64,000 nt of DNA. It comes from Octopus vulgaris (taxonomy: Eukaryota). The stretch is from assembly GCA_951406725.2 (NCBI GenBank), contig OX597815.1:126914001-126978000 (forward strand), given 5' to 3'. Position 1 is the stretch's first letter, and each line of letters begins with the position of its first letter. Position numbers and translations under genes: made by a program. Positions 1-13,996 of the stretch are shown here, one piece after another. The notes under the pieces are model-generated. The model saw only the letters and a list, made by a program, of their open reading frames with translations, did no database searches and had not been told where the DNA came from.

Positions 1-2
1 GC

Positions 3-354
3 AAAATGTGGAACCTGAAGACTAAAACAATACCTGTTGTCATAGGGGCCCTGGGAATGATAGCAAAAGGGGCTGATTGCTACCTAACTCAGATACCAGG
101 AAACCCCAAAATGGCAGAAATTCAAAAGATAGTGCTCACGGGAACTGCTCATATCCTACGCAAAATACTTTCTATGTAATCTCAAGGTTTAAAACAACCA
201 TTTTTTTTTAGACATCCACTAGTACAACACAAAAAACAACCAAATATATGGCACACTAGGCATAACAACAACGTGAACTTCCAAACTGTTGTCTCTTGAG
301 GTCTCTGGGTGAGACTTGGAGCCAACTTGTACAAATATAAAGTAAAAGTCAAAC

Positions 355-356
<2 letters not shown>
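3..356 (+). mobile_element. 3' end of an R4/Dong-clade (RLE) non-LTR retrotransposon with 3'UTR, followed by (TAA)n
   Basis: 3..179 translates KMWNLKTKTIPVVIGALGMIAKGADCYLTQIPGNPKMAEIQKIVLTGTAHILRKILSM*, paralogous to the C-terminus of the element at 47412-48420; it ends in a (TAA)n tract. Confidence 0.85.
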
Positions 357-402
<46 letters not shown>

Positions 403-445
403 TAATAGTAGTAGTAGTAGTAGTAGTAATAATAATAATAATAAT
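357..445. repeat. (TAA)n/(TAG)n microsatellite; a second (TAA)n run at 661-707
   Basis: Read directly. Confidence 0.95.
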
Positions 446-657
446 GGTTTCAAATTTTTCCACGAGGGCAGCAATTTTGGAAGAGAAGATGAGTCATTTA
501 CATCGACCCAAGTGTTCAACTGATACTTATTTTATCGACACCGAAAGAATGAAAAGTAAAGTCGACCTCGGCGGAATTTGAACTCAGAACGTAGCGACGG
601 GCGAAATATCATTAAATATTTCATCCAGCGCGCTAGCGATTCTGACAGCTCACCACC

Positions 658-660
<3 letters not shown>
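445..660 (-). mobile_element. tRNA-derived SINE, family A. Other copies at about 29295-29505(-), 38472-38625(+), 41925-42085(-), 46130-46310(+), 48520-48735(+), 58485-58700(+)
   Basis: Minus strand reads TAAGGTGGTGAGCTGTCAGAATCGCTAGC (A-box-like), then GAGTTCAAATTCC (B box), then the shared CTTTCAT(T/C)CTTTCGG..TCGATAAAATAAGTA segment; recurs dispersed across the window. Confidence 0.85.
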
Positions 661-708
<48 letters not shown>

Positions 709-1222
709 TTTTCTTTATTGGCCCAAAGGACTCAAGGATATATAAAAGTACAAAACTTTACATTTGCAAGGTCACTGAGAAAGGAAGACTAACGTGGTGA
801 ATGATAAAATACGTTTACAAATACGAAGGAGGGAATGAGACGTTACATAAAATATGTAAGGCTGGATTAAGAATTTTAAAAGTGCACACTCACGCACACA
901 TACACACACGTATATAGAAACATGTATATATACACATACATATACACATAAATATGTATACACATATGTCTGCATACACATTTGCATGGAAATAACGGAA
1001 AAATTACTATAAAACACGCAATAATTGATACAAAATATAATTAAGGGAAATCAGAACAAGAAAGATCGCTGGTTAGGTCAAATTAGGTACTCCATGATAC
1101 TGTTCACATAACTATTTCTCAAGCTGTATCCGAGTGCAACCGAATGCGCCCTTAAGCAATTTTTTTTGAGACACCTGTTGTTGGAAGACACCAATATCGT
1201 GAGGATATTCTTTTTAAAGCTA

Positions 1223-2504
1223 CATGGGTTGGGCAAAATAATGGAAACACCTTAAAATTTCAAACAAATTTATTTTAATATGGGGTAGGACCACATTTGG
1301 CAGTAATTATAGCTTGTGTTCTACGAGGTATAGACTCGAACAAAGTTTGAATTGTTTCCAAAGGAATTTTTGTCCATTCTTCAGCTAAAACAGTCTCCAG
1401 TTCTTGTAGTGATGATGGTGGAGGATATCAACTCCTTACTTATTTTTCTAAAATGCACCATAAACGTTCAATAATATTGAAATCTGGGGACTGGTGGCCA
1501 GATAAGATGTTCAACTTCACTAGAATGTTCTTCGTGCCATTCACTAACAACTTTAGCTGTGTGAATTGGTGCATTATCCTCCTGAAAGATTGCGTTTCCT
1601 TCTAGAAACAGTTCCGCAACCATAGGATGAATTTGATCAGATAAAATGCTTAAATAGCCTTGACTATTAATTTTGCTATGAAGGGAGACCATTGGGCTGG
1701 TGGATTTCCAAGATATAGTCCCCGCTGATTATCATAGCTCTTCCTCCATGTTTAACAGTTGGAAGAAGGCAGTCTGGGTCAAATGCTTCTTTTGGCTGTC
1801 TCCACACGTATACTAGGCCGGTGGTCGGAAATAAGGTAAAGGATAACTCGTCTGAGCAAATAACATTCTTCCACTGCTCTAGAGACCAATTCTGTAGGTT
1901 TATACTCCACTCTAAACGTTTTGCAACGTTTGTTTTTGAAAGTAGTGGTTTTCTGATTGCAGTCCCCACCCTGTAAAATCCGGCTTTGTGCAGCTCCCAG
2001 CGAACAGTTTTTGTGGAAACTGGGTGGTTCTCAAGGTGGTCATTAAGCTCTGTAGTAAGTTTGGGAGCTGTACTTTTGTGATCCTTTCTAATAATTCGTG
2101 TAAGAGGCCGACGGTTCCTATCTGAAAGTTTTGGCTTTCTTCCGGAGTTTTGCTTCGACGAGGAAGTTTTTCCCTCTTTTTCAAAGGCTGACATTACTTT
2201 CGAGACAGTACTTCTTGATACACCAAACATTTCGACTGTTTTCGTTACGCTAGCGCCTGCCATACGAACACAAACAATTTTACCTCGTTGAAAGTTCGAT
2301 AGATCTGTCATTTTAATGAATTTTAATTACCTTTTTCTGATGATATCTGAAAAGAAACAGTAATTTTAGCAAAACATTAAGCAACACTAATGATAAATAA
2401 AAAAAAAAAAACATAAAAATAAATACGCTTTTGACGGTTATATAGATATTTCAAAATTATGATGCTATGATGCTAGGTGTCTCCATTATTTTGTCCAACC
2501 CCTG
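1223..2504 (-). mobile_element. Tc1-family DNA transposon with frameshifted transposase
   Basis: TIRs CATGGGTTGGGCAAAATAATGGAAACACCT (1223) and AGGTGTCTCCATTATTTTGTCCAACCCCTG (2504), TA on the left flank. ORFs 2311-1676 and 1692-1468 give an HTH, GRKPKLS, WKNVICSDE, TVKHGG, FQEDNAPIH and LIWPP motifs. Confidence 0.92.
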
Positions 2505-2559
2505 TCTATATAATACCTTAGTTTTAGTTTTACGAGCTGCCCATTTTCTGCATGTGGTT

Positions 2560-3700
2560 TAAATTCTGAACCCAACTGTTTTTGTGAAATTACATCTTCC
2601 GAGTGTCCATGGATCCACAGATGTTTGATTTAGTCTATTAACTTTTTGTTCGATTTTCGAAGGATAGGGAATCTTAGTCCATCGTTCTCTGCATTTTTTC
2701 CTTATTTTCTTGAGGAGGGATTTAATTATAGTTTAGAAGACATTGTTCTTCGTCACCTGTTTTCGATGTCTGAAACTGAAGTTTTTCTCTGTAATTTCTC
2801 CCCGCCCCCCTTTTTTATTTTCATCTGTGATTATTTCTTCCTCAACACTCGATAAAGAAGTGTTACTTCAGAACGATACTGTTAAAGGACAAGGTATTTA
2901 CTCGTTTATTCGTGATACTACTTCTAAAGATATTTCCTTTACTATCCCCCAGAGTTTTTGCTAGTGGTACTCTGAAAACTGAATTGTATTGTTTTCTTTG
3001 TTGTTGATGTTTACTACATTCAGTTCCTTGTTTGTTATTAGTCGTCCTATTTCTTTGGAGCATTCTGCTCAAAAGTATGTTTTACTCCGACAAATATAAC
3101 AACTAAAATTTCTACATGTATCCTCAACCTCATACTCTTTATCTCAACGCATTCTGCTAGGCACAGTTATGGTATGGCTCAGTAGTATATGGAGATCATT
3201 AGAATCTGCAAGTCCATTTTACGTACCTTGGCTTCCTTTCCCATACTGCAACATATAAGTCACAACTAGCCATGGGTCCACATCGCATCTAATGTCTCTA
3301 ACTGTAATTGTTATGTTTCTTTGACCCATGTACTGGGCCACAAATATTTAGTCAGAGATATGTCTGACAATTTTAGCTTGTGTTTTGGTTGTGTTCAGTT
3401 GTAATAGTACAACAGATACTGCCATAACATTTCCTTTTGCAATAGAGATTTTCATTTCCATTTTTTCGTAAGCAGAAATATATACTTTTTTCTTTGTGTC
3501 TCCTGTATTATCTCATGTGACAAAGAAATGCAGTTGGGATTCACAAATTTCTCCCATCAACATTTTTCTTGTAACTGATAATTCAAAAAATTCTGTTGTT
3601 CAGTATTGTGGGAAGATTTATTTCCACACAGCTGCTTTGGGAAACGGGCTACAGCACTGGAATTATGTTAGAGTTGCTACTGTTGCTGTCTTCTAAATTA
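2560..3700 (-). mobile_element. Degraded LINE ORF1-like relic (zinc knuckle)
   Basis: Minus frame near 3180-3050 reads SHTITVPSRMR*...FSCYICRSKTYF*AECSKE, a decayed CX2CX4HX4C motif. Boundaries are approximate. Confidence 0.4.
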
Positions 3701-4495
3701 TTTGAGTATTTGGGGCATTTTATATCAATTATTTACTAAACATTTCATTTTTATATTGTGGTATTTTGTAGTATTGTATTGTAGTGTTTTGTCTTGCAGC
3801 ATAATTGTATATGGTAGCCGTTTTGGAGGCGAAAACGTTATTTTTGTAAATTAAATTGTAAAAGTTAGTGAAGCGAACTTCTTTCTTCTGTTATCTACCC
3901 CCAGGTATCGAGAGCAGTCTCCTCCTTAGATAAAGTTCTTTTACAAGTACCCCAATGAAAATTTGATTCGATAATGCTTGAAATGTAACATGTTTCCATG
4001 GGAGAATCAAAAAGACGTCTTCACACAACGAGCCCCAATACCGACAACAACAGTGATAAAAAGAAAGAAAATAGCGAAAGCAGTTAATGCTTTTGTTGGC
4101 ATGTACAGGTTCTTATGACTTCAGGTCTTTTTCATCGATAATCAGTTCAATATCACAAAGCAACTGAGGTAGAAAGGTACGCGATTGTTTTTGCTTTTTA
4201 TTTTTGCACATGACCTAAGGCTAGTTGTTACTGCTTCGTCGAATTATTTAACGTGTATTTGAATTGATTGGAATAAGCATTAATTAATTAAGGAAATAGT
4301 GATAACAAATATCTTTTTACTTTTTTCATTTTAGCATAGTTTCTACCTTTTTTATGTCTTTTTCCTTAAAGTAGTCAGCGAAATTTTGTTGCTAACATTG
4401 AAACATTTTTTTCAGATAAAGATTTATTTTTAATAATTATTCTTTAAATCAAAAACTGACAAGCATATACAGCTGCAGGTCTTTAAATAAATATA

Positions 4496-5219
<724 letters not shown>

Positions 5220-5221
5220 AA

Positions 5222-5496
5222 AATAGCTGTAATACCCATCGTTGATCGGGTAATTAGTTTTACTGTTTCTCGGGCCAAGAAGCTAGAAAAATGGGTATAT
5301 CATATAGAAGAATAGACTTACGAAATCCAGTTGACTGCAATGGCATTGAAAAGGCTGCAGGTCAAGTGGAACATCACTGTTCGTATAGAAAAAGTATTGC
5401 ACGTTGTGCTTTTGTTTGTTCATTTTTTACGATAATACCGCACTCGCACTGACTTAGTGCTTTAGCTTAAGTACCTAATTCCACTGAATCTCAGTA

Positions 5497-5502
<6 letters not shown>
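5222..5502 (-). mobile_element. Second short Helitron derivative with the same 3' end as 4496-5125
   Basis: 5224-5275 matches 4497-4547 (TAGC.GTAA.ACCC..CG.TGATC.GGTAATTA.TTTTACTGTTTCTCGGG). Confidence 0.65.
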
Positions 5503-5567
<65 letters not shown>

Positions 5568-6294
5568 GGTTCAGATAAGAATCCATGTTCAAACAAATAA
5601 GTGAGTTTCTCGCGTATCTGTGTTTTTCTCTGCCGATGGCCGATTACTTTGAAACAAAATTCAACAGCCGACATGGAAATCATACACTTTTGCCATTCAT
5701 GTACCGCCTGAACTAAACTATACGTCAATGATGATGACTCTTCTGGAGCTGAATTTATTAGACGAGTAAAAAAGCAACCCACCAACCCTTTTGCTTAAGG
5801 CATGTTTGATGAAGCTGAGGCAAGTTTGATTAAGTTTTTAGCCCTTAACATGGTTTTCACGATACAGTGCGTTATGGCCAAATGTTTCCGTACACTTACT
5901 TAAAAAAAACTCAGAGGAAGCAATAGCTCCAATGATTGATTTTTTTTTTTTTCATTTAACATCCAAGGTGTTTAAGAAAATTTGATATAATTTTGTAATC
6001 TAATAATTTGACCAATTCTTCTTTAAATGGTCTCAAGTGTTAACAGTGGGTGCAGAATCAACACAAAACTCTATGCTTAATGTTTTCTTTTCTTTTCAGG
6101 TACAGAAATTCCATTCACTGGAAAAAGAATAAAACGTTTTCCGTGTTATAGTATGCTCGAACACAATGGAACATGATTGTGTAATGTGCATTTGAGCATG
6201 ATTTCGCTAAAAAAAATTCATCAATTTCAATGTAGGTTTGGACATAACGCATAAAATTCAAAAAAGAAGGCTGTCTGTGCAGAACAAAGGTTCT

Positions 6295-6568
6295 GGACGA
6301 TCACCAAGTGCTTATTTCTCACTGTCGTTATCTTTTTGGCACTTTCTCAAAGCGTTACTGCTACGGTAGACCTGATCGCTACCTCGTTCTTCTTTATGTA
6401 GCGTATGGTGCTTTCGTTGACACCATAACAGTGACTTACCGCAGCATAACTTTTACCTTCCGGGAGCATGTCCCGCAGTTATACCTTCTCATGGAGCATC
6501 ATAACTTTTTTCTGTCGCTTAGGTTCATTGCCAGAAGCCTCAGAAGGTGTAGGGCGTTTGGACGGCAT
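6295..6568 (-). mobile_element. Tigger/pogo transposase N-terminal relic (HTH_psq/CENP-B-like)
   Basis: Translates MPSKRPTPSEASGNEPKRQKKVMMLHEKV*LRDMLPEGKSYAAVSHCYGVNESTIRYIKKNEVAIRSTV, with in-frame stops. Confidence 0.75.
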
Positions 6569-6630
6569 CTTAGGGCTTTAATAACATGCTGCAAAAAACA
6601 CAACACTCAAGAGAGCTACTGGATGCAGTT

Positions 6631-6719
6631 TTTCTTCTTCTTCTTCTTCTTCTTCTTCTTCTTCTTCTTCTTCTTCTTCTTCTTCTTCTTCTTCTTCTTC
6701 TTCTTCTTCTTCTTCTTCT
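6631..6719. repeat. (CTT)n microsatellite
   Basis: Read directly; explains the poly-F/L/E ORFs. Confidence 0.95.
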
Positions 6720-7324
6720 ACATACATGCATTCATACACACACATATATGTACATATATCCATGTAATATTTATATATCTGCGATTATATATAACCAGTC
6801 ATTTTCTTTGTTTTCTTTTCTTTTCTTTTTTTTTTTTCTTTTTTTGTCATTTACGCTTGCATGTACAAATAACGTGTCATTTCTAATTATATGAAATGAA
6901 TAATCTCATATGTAAATTTGGCGATTAATCGCGTTTTCTTTCTTAAATTTTTGAACATGAGGTGGGAACTATCGAACCTAAAGAACTAAGGATCTGCCCT
7001 AGCCTCGTCCAGATATCGAGTATATACTTGAATTGTTAGAAATAAGTTAAAATTAATTAAGAAAATAGCAAACATAACTAATATCTTAGCTGGTGTTTAC
7101 AGCCATCGCGTGTTCGTGTTTATATCATGGCCAATATACGATTGAATTGCTACAAAATCCAACAACCGTTAAAGTGTGCGCACGGTCATCAGTTTTTTTA
7201 ACATTTGAACTAAAAATAGTTGCCGAAAACACTGGCTTGTGTAATCACTGAATATATTTGGATTGTTAGACTTGCATGTAGTTAATTAAGGAATATTTTT
7301 GCCTCCGACACTATCAGATAACTT

Positions 7325-7907
7325 TGTTGTGAGAATATTCAGTAGTTCACCTGAATGTCGCGATTTGCTGGAATATTGCCGGTGTCATCGACGGGGTCTG
7401 GCCAATCACGACTTCACGCGGAATAGTGCTTGCTTCAACGACAAATATTAATATTTGGTGCGTTCCCTTCTGAGCCTCTCGATCGGTATAAAATCAATAC
7501 ACGCGACCACCAAGAGCCAGAGAGATTTGGAATGAAGCAGAGACGATACAGCAGACAATATGGCGAACAGATACGAGCAGCGGCTGAACCTAGTTAATAT
7601 TTTCATGACGAACTGCCGGCGGAAAGACAATGACTAGCAGTAACTTTTCGGATATTATTACATAACGTCCAAATTCTCTCAACATTTACCGCAATACTAT
7701 TTCAGTAACATTTAATCTCTCTCAATCTTTGTCATAATACTATCTCAATTTCACCAAACACAATAACATTCAAACTCTCTCAACCAGAAATAGAGTTTGT
7801 TCGTAAAAACCTCAACAGCTTTCGTCATTTTATTCAATGTACAACTGTTGACCTCCAAGGTTAGAAATAACAGCCAGTAACCAACAGCTAACTGCCAGCC
7901 CACAACA
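7325..7907 (+). mobile_element. Candidate solo LTR
   Basis: Inverted termini TGTTGTG...CACAACA, CpG-rich interior with a CCAAT box (~7402) and TATAAAA (~7487); no matching TSD found. Confidence 0.4.
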
Positions 7908-7959
7908 TTAGCCGTCATACACAGCTCCTAGCAGTTAGCTAATCAACTCAAGCACAAGT

Positions 7960-8440
7960 GGTTCCATAGCTATCTGCCACAGTTTTATACACCATAGATT
8001 ATAATACTTTTCGATACATCCTTTGATTGTGCCCATCTCTTCCATTTGGATCAGAATTGCTTGTCTATATCGTCTCCCCACCACCAGGTCTTCGGTTGTA
8101 TTGTATACCACTCAACAATAGCACGGTCCACCTGCAGTTTCTGAGCCTTGCGCCATGTCAGGTCCAGAGGAACTTGTGCTTTCGATATTAAGCGATTACA
8201 TCGCTCACTCCACTCAATATCGAATTATTTCCCTTCGGATATACTCCAGCAATGACATTTCTAGTATTTCGTTCCATGGTTATCCTGTGTCGTAGCCAGT
8301 CACTGTTCTTCCTTCTTCGTAGTAGCCCACGTCTCACTTAAGTATAAGAACACCGTTAGGACTCTGCTATTGAAGAGATTAGCACTCAGGGTCTTGTTCA
8401 GCTATGCTTTGAACACGTCTTTAATTGAAACAAATGCCTT
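7960..8440 (-). mobile_element. RTE-type LINE 3' ORF relic
   Basis: Minus frame LNKTLSANLFNSRVLTVFLYLSETWATTKKEEQ, the RTE 'LYGSETW' region. Confidence 0.65.
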
Positions 8441-8592
8441 CCACATTGTTTTTACATTGCGTAAGATTTCAGCGATTGTGTCTTTACTAACTGTTCCATG
8501 TAGACGTCTCCGACATCTCCTCAATTTATAAATTCCTTGCAAACAAAATGCATCCGTCCGAAAATGCAACACAAGGTCGAACAGGGAGGAAA

Positions 8593-8751
8593 GCGATGAA
8601 ATTAAGAAAACAACAAAATCGACAAACTTATACATTTTACCTCATCTGCTTTAGTTTAACGTCAATTGACCATTGCTGATGGTACATGCAAACATTAATA
8701 GTAAGCCTTGACTAAAATGAAATAATTTTGTTGTTTTCTTAATTTCATCGC
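8593..8751. mobile_element. 159-bp MITE-like element with perfect 27-bp TIRs
   Basis: GCGATGAAATTAAGAAAACAACAAAAT (8593-8619) and its exact reverse complement (8725-8751). Confidence 0.7.
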
Positions 8752-9152
8752 AAAGAAATTAGGTGATATATCTCAGCTGTCAATTGCATTAATCCATTCA
8801 AAAAATAGCTAATATCTAAATTGGGACTCTAAATCTCCTTCTGTCCTCGTCCTTTTCATTACAAATAGCAGAGGTAAAAAAAAGGACAACCGAAACAGAA
8901 ATTAATATTCGCCGGTCTTGTAACATGCAAACTCTATATATTTGTCGATGTTACCGACTCGTTTGTGCATTTAGTTGAAATATCTATTTGTAATAAATAT
9001 TAATTAATTAAGAAAATTGTCCTAGAATTGAGGATCCAATGATCTGATTCAATATTCAGTTTTGAACCTGTGTAATTCATATTATATTCATCAAACTGAT
9101 AATACATTTAAACCCAAGTCAACGCCGACTAAGAAAATATATGATCACAGGC

Positions 9153-9852
9153 CATTGGCGGCTCGTACATAAAATTAGTAGGGGTGCTGCTTCAGAAAAT
9201 TTTTAGCCGTTGTTCTAATATTATGTCAAAGGAAGCAAACATATGAAAAGAAAATTTATGCATAAACTTGATCGGTCCACATTTTAAACACTGCCGGCTA
9301 GTGTTTAAATTCGCTGCATAAATTCGCTGAACACCGCCGCAAATTCTCCCTTGTTTTTCAAAAATCCCCCCTAAATCACAAAATAAGAGGGGAAAATCTG
9401 CCCTATTTTTCGAATCCTGGCAGTAACACTGAAACTGGAAGCAAGATAATAATCTAAGTCTACACTTTATCACATTCAAGAATATAAACATGTTTTTAAG
9501 CTCAACACATGCGGAGTCAAAACGAAATACTACCTTTCACCAGCACTGCGTGAACGACAGTACTCTCTCTCCCTAGCGTGAAGCTTCCTATCTCGGACAT
9601 GCGAGCATGCGCACAACACTCAAACACCGTATCGCTGGTACTGTAAAGCGCACAGTTCTATACAAGAATTTTTTGTATTCTTTTCATAAACTAAGGGATG
9701 GTTACTGACATTAAGCTTAAGGATTATATAATGTACAAGTATAAAGAATTAAAGAAAAAAATAAGGACTCATTATAATATATGTTATCGATAATATCGAG
9801 TGAAAATAGGGGGTGCTGCAGTTTCGCAGTGCCTATACACGAGCCACCACTG
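9153..9852. mobile_element. Non-autonomous hAT element
   Basis: Termini CATTGGCGGCTCGT and ACGAGCCACCACTG; 8-bp TSD TCACAGGC/TCATAGGC. Confidence 0.85.
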
Positions 9853-9957
9853 TCATAGGCTTTCTAACGGTGGCCATTTAGTCTTTTTTCTTAAAGCAAA
9901 ATATATATCCCAGTTTACATTATCCTATTCCTCTTTTTTTTTTATAAAATAGTTAAC

Positions 9958-10851
9958 GGGCCGAATAAGAAATTTTCAGAAATATTTTGTGACGGTCTGA
10001 TTCAAGTTTTTAACTTTGTCTGAATTGAATATAAACAGTGCTGATTGGTGCAATTTCTCAAAAAGGTTTCCTATGAAATCGGTTGAAAATAATTGATTGA
10101 ATGAATGCTAACAGAAAGAGCATCGAATTGTTGATATTGACGAAAGCGTCAATTATTTTCCTTTACGTTGAGAATATAAAGTTTACAAAGAGGAGGATTT
10201 ACAACAGTAGATATCTCTGGAAGTGTAGATATCTCTGGAAATGGGGACATATTAGAATTACTGAGAGAGAACAACATTCTACCAAACACTCAGGAATGTC
10301 CAAGGAATGGGCAGTGTATGCTCAGTTGAAAATACCCTCGAATTTATATGAAGAAATTCGTGTGGAGATAGAATGAATGCGCTAAGAAAACATTTACAAA
10401 TATTCTCTGCGTTCTTACGAATGGTGACAAACAAATATCGATTGTAATTGTTAATTCTTAATTATCTTTGATTAAGTTATTATAATATAATTGTATTTAT
10501 TACTTTTAGTTCGTTCGTATTGTTTAGATTATTGAGATTTGAATTCTGTAACAAAAAATTTACAAGTGTTCTTTGAGTTCTGTCACGCATGGTGACAGAT
10601 AAATATTGATTGTAAATTATTAATAACTATTTTATAAGAAAAGAAACAAGACATTTTTGCTTTAAAATGACGTAATGGGCGAGATTGGAAGGCCTTTATT
10701 CATACGTTTTTCAGTCAAAACGGACTCGAGATTAAACGTGTTATCTTTTGTTTTGAATTAAGACTGGTTTTATTCATACAAGAAAATTGAAAACGAATCA
10801 GACCGTCAAGTATTATTTTTGACAAAAAAAAAAAAAATATTGATTAGGACC
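9958..10851 (+). mobile_element. Merlin (IS1016/IS1595-like) DNA transposon relic
   Basis: Imperfect ~60-bp TIRs beginning GG and sharing GACGGTCTGATTC. Frameshifted fragments ADWCNF, HRIVDIDES and KFTKRRIYN match the Merlin DW.NF.REV...IVEIDESKF.KRKYN region; internal short duplications are present. Confidence 0.55.
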
Positions 10852-11054
10852 GTTTTCTCCAGGATACCATTTAGCTTGAATATTCATGCATTTCTTATTG
10901 CCAACTGATGTGGAAAGAAAAACCAGGATATAAAGTACACATTTGCTGGTCTGGTGACATAGGAATTAAAAATATTTCTCGATGTTATTGACTGATCTAA
11001 ACATTACGCGTTCATTTGAGTAGTTAGTAATGAATATTGATTTTGGTGGTCAGT

Positions 11055-11625
11055 GCGGAAGCTAGGGATAAATGAGTGGTTGGTGAGAGCCATACAAGCC
11101 ATGTACAGGGAGGTTGTCAGTAAGGTGAGGGTTGGGAACGAGTATAGCAATGAATTCAGTGTGCATGTAGTAGTTCACCAAGGATCGGTCCTCAACCCCA
11201 CTGGTTCATTTTAGTCCCCCAGACTAAAACAGAGGAATTTAAGATGGGTTACCCTTGGGGACTCCTCTATGCTAATGATCTTGTTCTTATAGCTGAATCA
11301 CTAACAGAACTAGAGAAGAAATTTCAGGTGTGAAAGCAAGATCTGGAATCAAAGAACCATAGAGTTAATTTAGCAAAGACCAAAGTCTTAGTAAGTAAGA
11401 AAGCAGTCAAATCACAAATCTCTTCAGGTAGATGGCTCTGCTCAATATGCAGAAAAGCGTAGGTAGAAATTCCATAAGATGTACCAAGGGCAAGTTATGG
11501 ATACATAAGTGGCGCAGCAATATCAAAGGAAGGCAAACAGAGAAAGTAGTCTTTCTTAGATATATAGGTACAACTAACACCGAAATTGTACAGAAAATAG
11601 ACTACGTCAAATGCCAAGGTGAGTG
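11055..11625 (+). mobile_element. RTE LINE RT fragment, same family as 19981-22519
   Basis: Contains HQGSVL and LLYANDLVLIAESLTELEKKFQV; DNA is similar to 21160-21700. Confidence 0.8.
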
Positions 11626-11639
11626 GTGGGGCGCGCATG

Positions 11640-12860
11640 TTGTTAACAATATTACTAATACCAATAAGAAGACGAACTACCATTTATCATTTTGTCAATT
11701 TAGAAGCAGGAGAAATAGCGACCAGACTAAAAATAGAGATAGTAGTATGTATAATATAATGAACTTGTATACAATTCTGAGGTATACTACAACTAAAAAA
11801 GAAAGAAGTCATAGGGGTGGAGGCATTAGATGTACTGTTAGTGAATTTCAGAAAGCATGGAAGTTTTAAAGGGTGTAGTGTCTCGACAGCTAACAACTGA
11901 TGCAGGTAGTTTATTCCATGTTTCAGCCATTCTGAGTCTGAGTATTTCTGAAAGTCATAGGTGCTGAGTTGCTTTTTTCACAACCATCGGAGCGCGAAGC
12001 TCTCCTCACGACCGCAGGTTCTTGAGATAGTTGTGAGCTGCAAACAGTTTTGAGTAGGAACCAGAAAGAGAAGTATTAACATGCAATGCGCATATGCACA
12101 CTGATTTCGCAAAACAGAAGAGAATAATAAAATCGCAATGTACATGTCAAAATAAAACGGAAGAGAAGAATAAAAATGCAATGTGCATATCAAACAAGTT
12201 ATATGGTGGTCTGCATGCCATATCTGACACCACTATCATGCAGCTTTGCTGCAATTTTCTTGTTTGATTTTGTAAGCATGTCCACGAGTGATGGACATAA
12301 GGAATTTGAAAAGGTGCCCAAAGTTGTCAGAAAGATGGCGGCTAATCATGTGGGTGTCTGCCAGATCAGTTGCCAGATGTCGGAGCTTTAACGTGTTTAT
12401 GCCCAGGGAAGTAAGACGTTCAGAGTATGGTAGGTACCTGACGAGGATATTCGTTTGGTTGCATGTTTCTGAACACTTATCAGGTGGTTGATATGCTGAG
12501 CAAGATAGGGTTCCAGACTGGTGATGCAAACTCTAAGTCTAGACGTACCATTGTCATATACAGCTTTAAATAAGTAGCCGGAGAGCTGATGACAAAGGTC
12601 TTACTGAGTGATGCTAAGACATCGTCAGCCTTCTTGACAATCTTTGAGATGTTGATTGTCCAACACAGATTGCTGTTTACAACAATACCCAGAACACATT
12701 CACCAATAGACCTCGCATGATTGGTGTTGCCAAGGGAGTGTGTAAAAACTAAGTTTTTCCTCCCAAAGTGCATGGTGACGCACTTGTCTGCAGCTAGCTT
12801 GAGTTGCCAGTCGGTAATCCAATGCTGCATTGTGTCTGATTGCATGGAAGATCTGTAACC
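11640..12860 (-). mobile_element. CR1-like LINE 3' fragments
   Basis: ORFs 12845-12480 (WQLKLAADKC...LYMTMVRLDLEFASPVWNP) and 12529-12236 (YLPYSERLTSLG...TRGHAYKI) are typical of a CR1 ORF2 C-terminus; the piece is interrupted near 11980-12180. Confidence 0.75.
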
Positions 12861-13865
12861 TATACGATCTGTTCTTTTTAACTAGAATAGAAATTTTAAG
12901 GCTACGCAAATCATGTATTACTTTTAAAAGTGAAAAGACTAATTTTCTTGCTAGCCTCAAATGTTGAATAATAAATCTGGAAAGAAATGATATAGCAAAA
13001 CAAGGGAAAATATTTTAAATTCTATTATTTTTCATAGTAAACAGGATACATTTTTTTTCTTAATGGAAAATTAGTTTATCAACTACCAAGTGGTTCAGTA
13101 ACAAAGATAATTATAAATGTAAATATATGCAGTTCTATATACTAGAATTATATACGCCTATAACTAAATTCTTTCTTGAAAAGCTTTAAAATTCGTGTTG
13201 TATGCTCCTGCTGAGTTTATCGTTACAGGGTAGATAATCTCTTCTAGATTAAACTCAATTAAACTTAGTTTAATTCACATCAAAGACTAAATAGCATACA
13301 CATTTGAAAATTCACCAGAAGTTTTATACTAACCATGAAGGTGAATGAGCTAGTCGTTAGGAAGTTACACGCAAGATCGTGTTTTTAATTTCCGAACCGA
13401 GCAGTGTGTTGCATTCTTCAATAAATAAATAAATAAAACAAAACAAAAACGTTTCATGTTACTCCAATCCACTCAGCTGTAAATGCGTCGGACTAGCGTT
13501 CTGTTTAGGGGATCTATTGGGATCTCGGCCATTTATACGCCATGGCAACTGATTAACCTGTCATATAAATATTAGGAGTCTTATTCCAGTTAGTAATTAG
13601 GTCATTAATATTATTATGCGCACTAGTGGAAATCTTCGCTATTTTACACTAATTCTTTTTGGTTAAAACTTAATGACCACGAATTACTTGGTATAACTAT
13701 AGAAAAGTCTGATGGAATTGAGGTTTGTAGAAAGCTAAGATTGTATACCTTAAACTTACTTTGGAAGAGATTCCTCTCAGCAGAATTCAGTTTCTATAAA
13801 TATGGTGGTCTATTCCTGCAGCAAAGTTTTGACTAAACACCTATGTTTACACACACACACATATA

Positions 13866-13995
13866 TACATACATACATACATACATACATACATACATAC
13901 ATACATACATACATACATACATACATACATACATACATACATACATACATACATACATACATGCATGCATACATACATACATTCATGCATACATA
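13866..13995. repeat. (CATA)n microsatellite
   Basis: Read directly. Confidence 0.95.
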
Positions 13996-13996
13996 C

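Noticed and set aside
5570-5900. Coding-looking stretch with GMFDEAEASL, faintly RGS-like
   Set aside because: In-frame stops, no convincing splice sites, and similarity too short to support.
6080-6180. Strong plus-strand acceptor TTTTCTTTTCTTTTCAG|GTACAG
   Set aside because: The following frame stops after ~25 codons with no recognisable product or partner exon.
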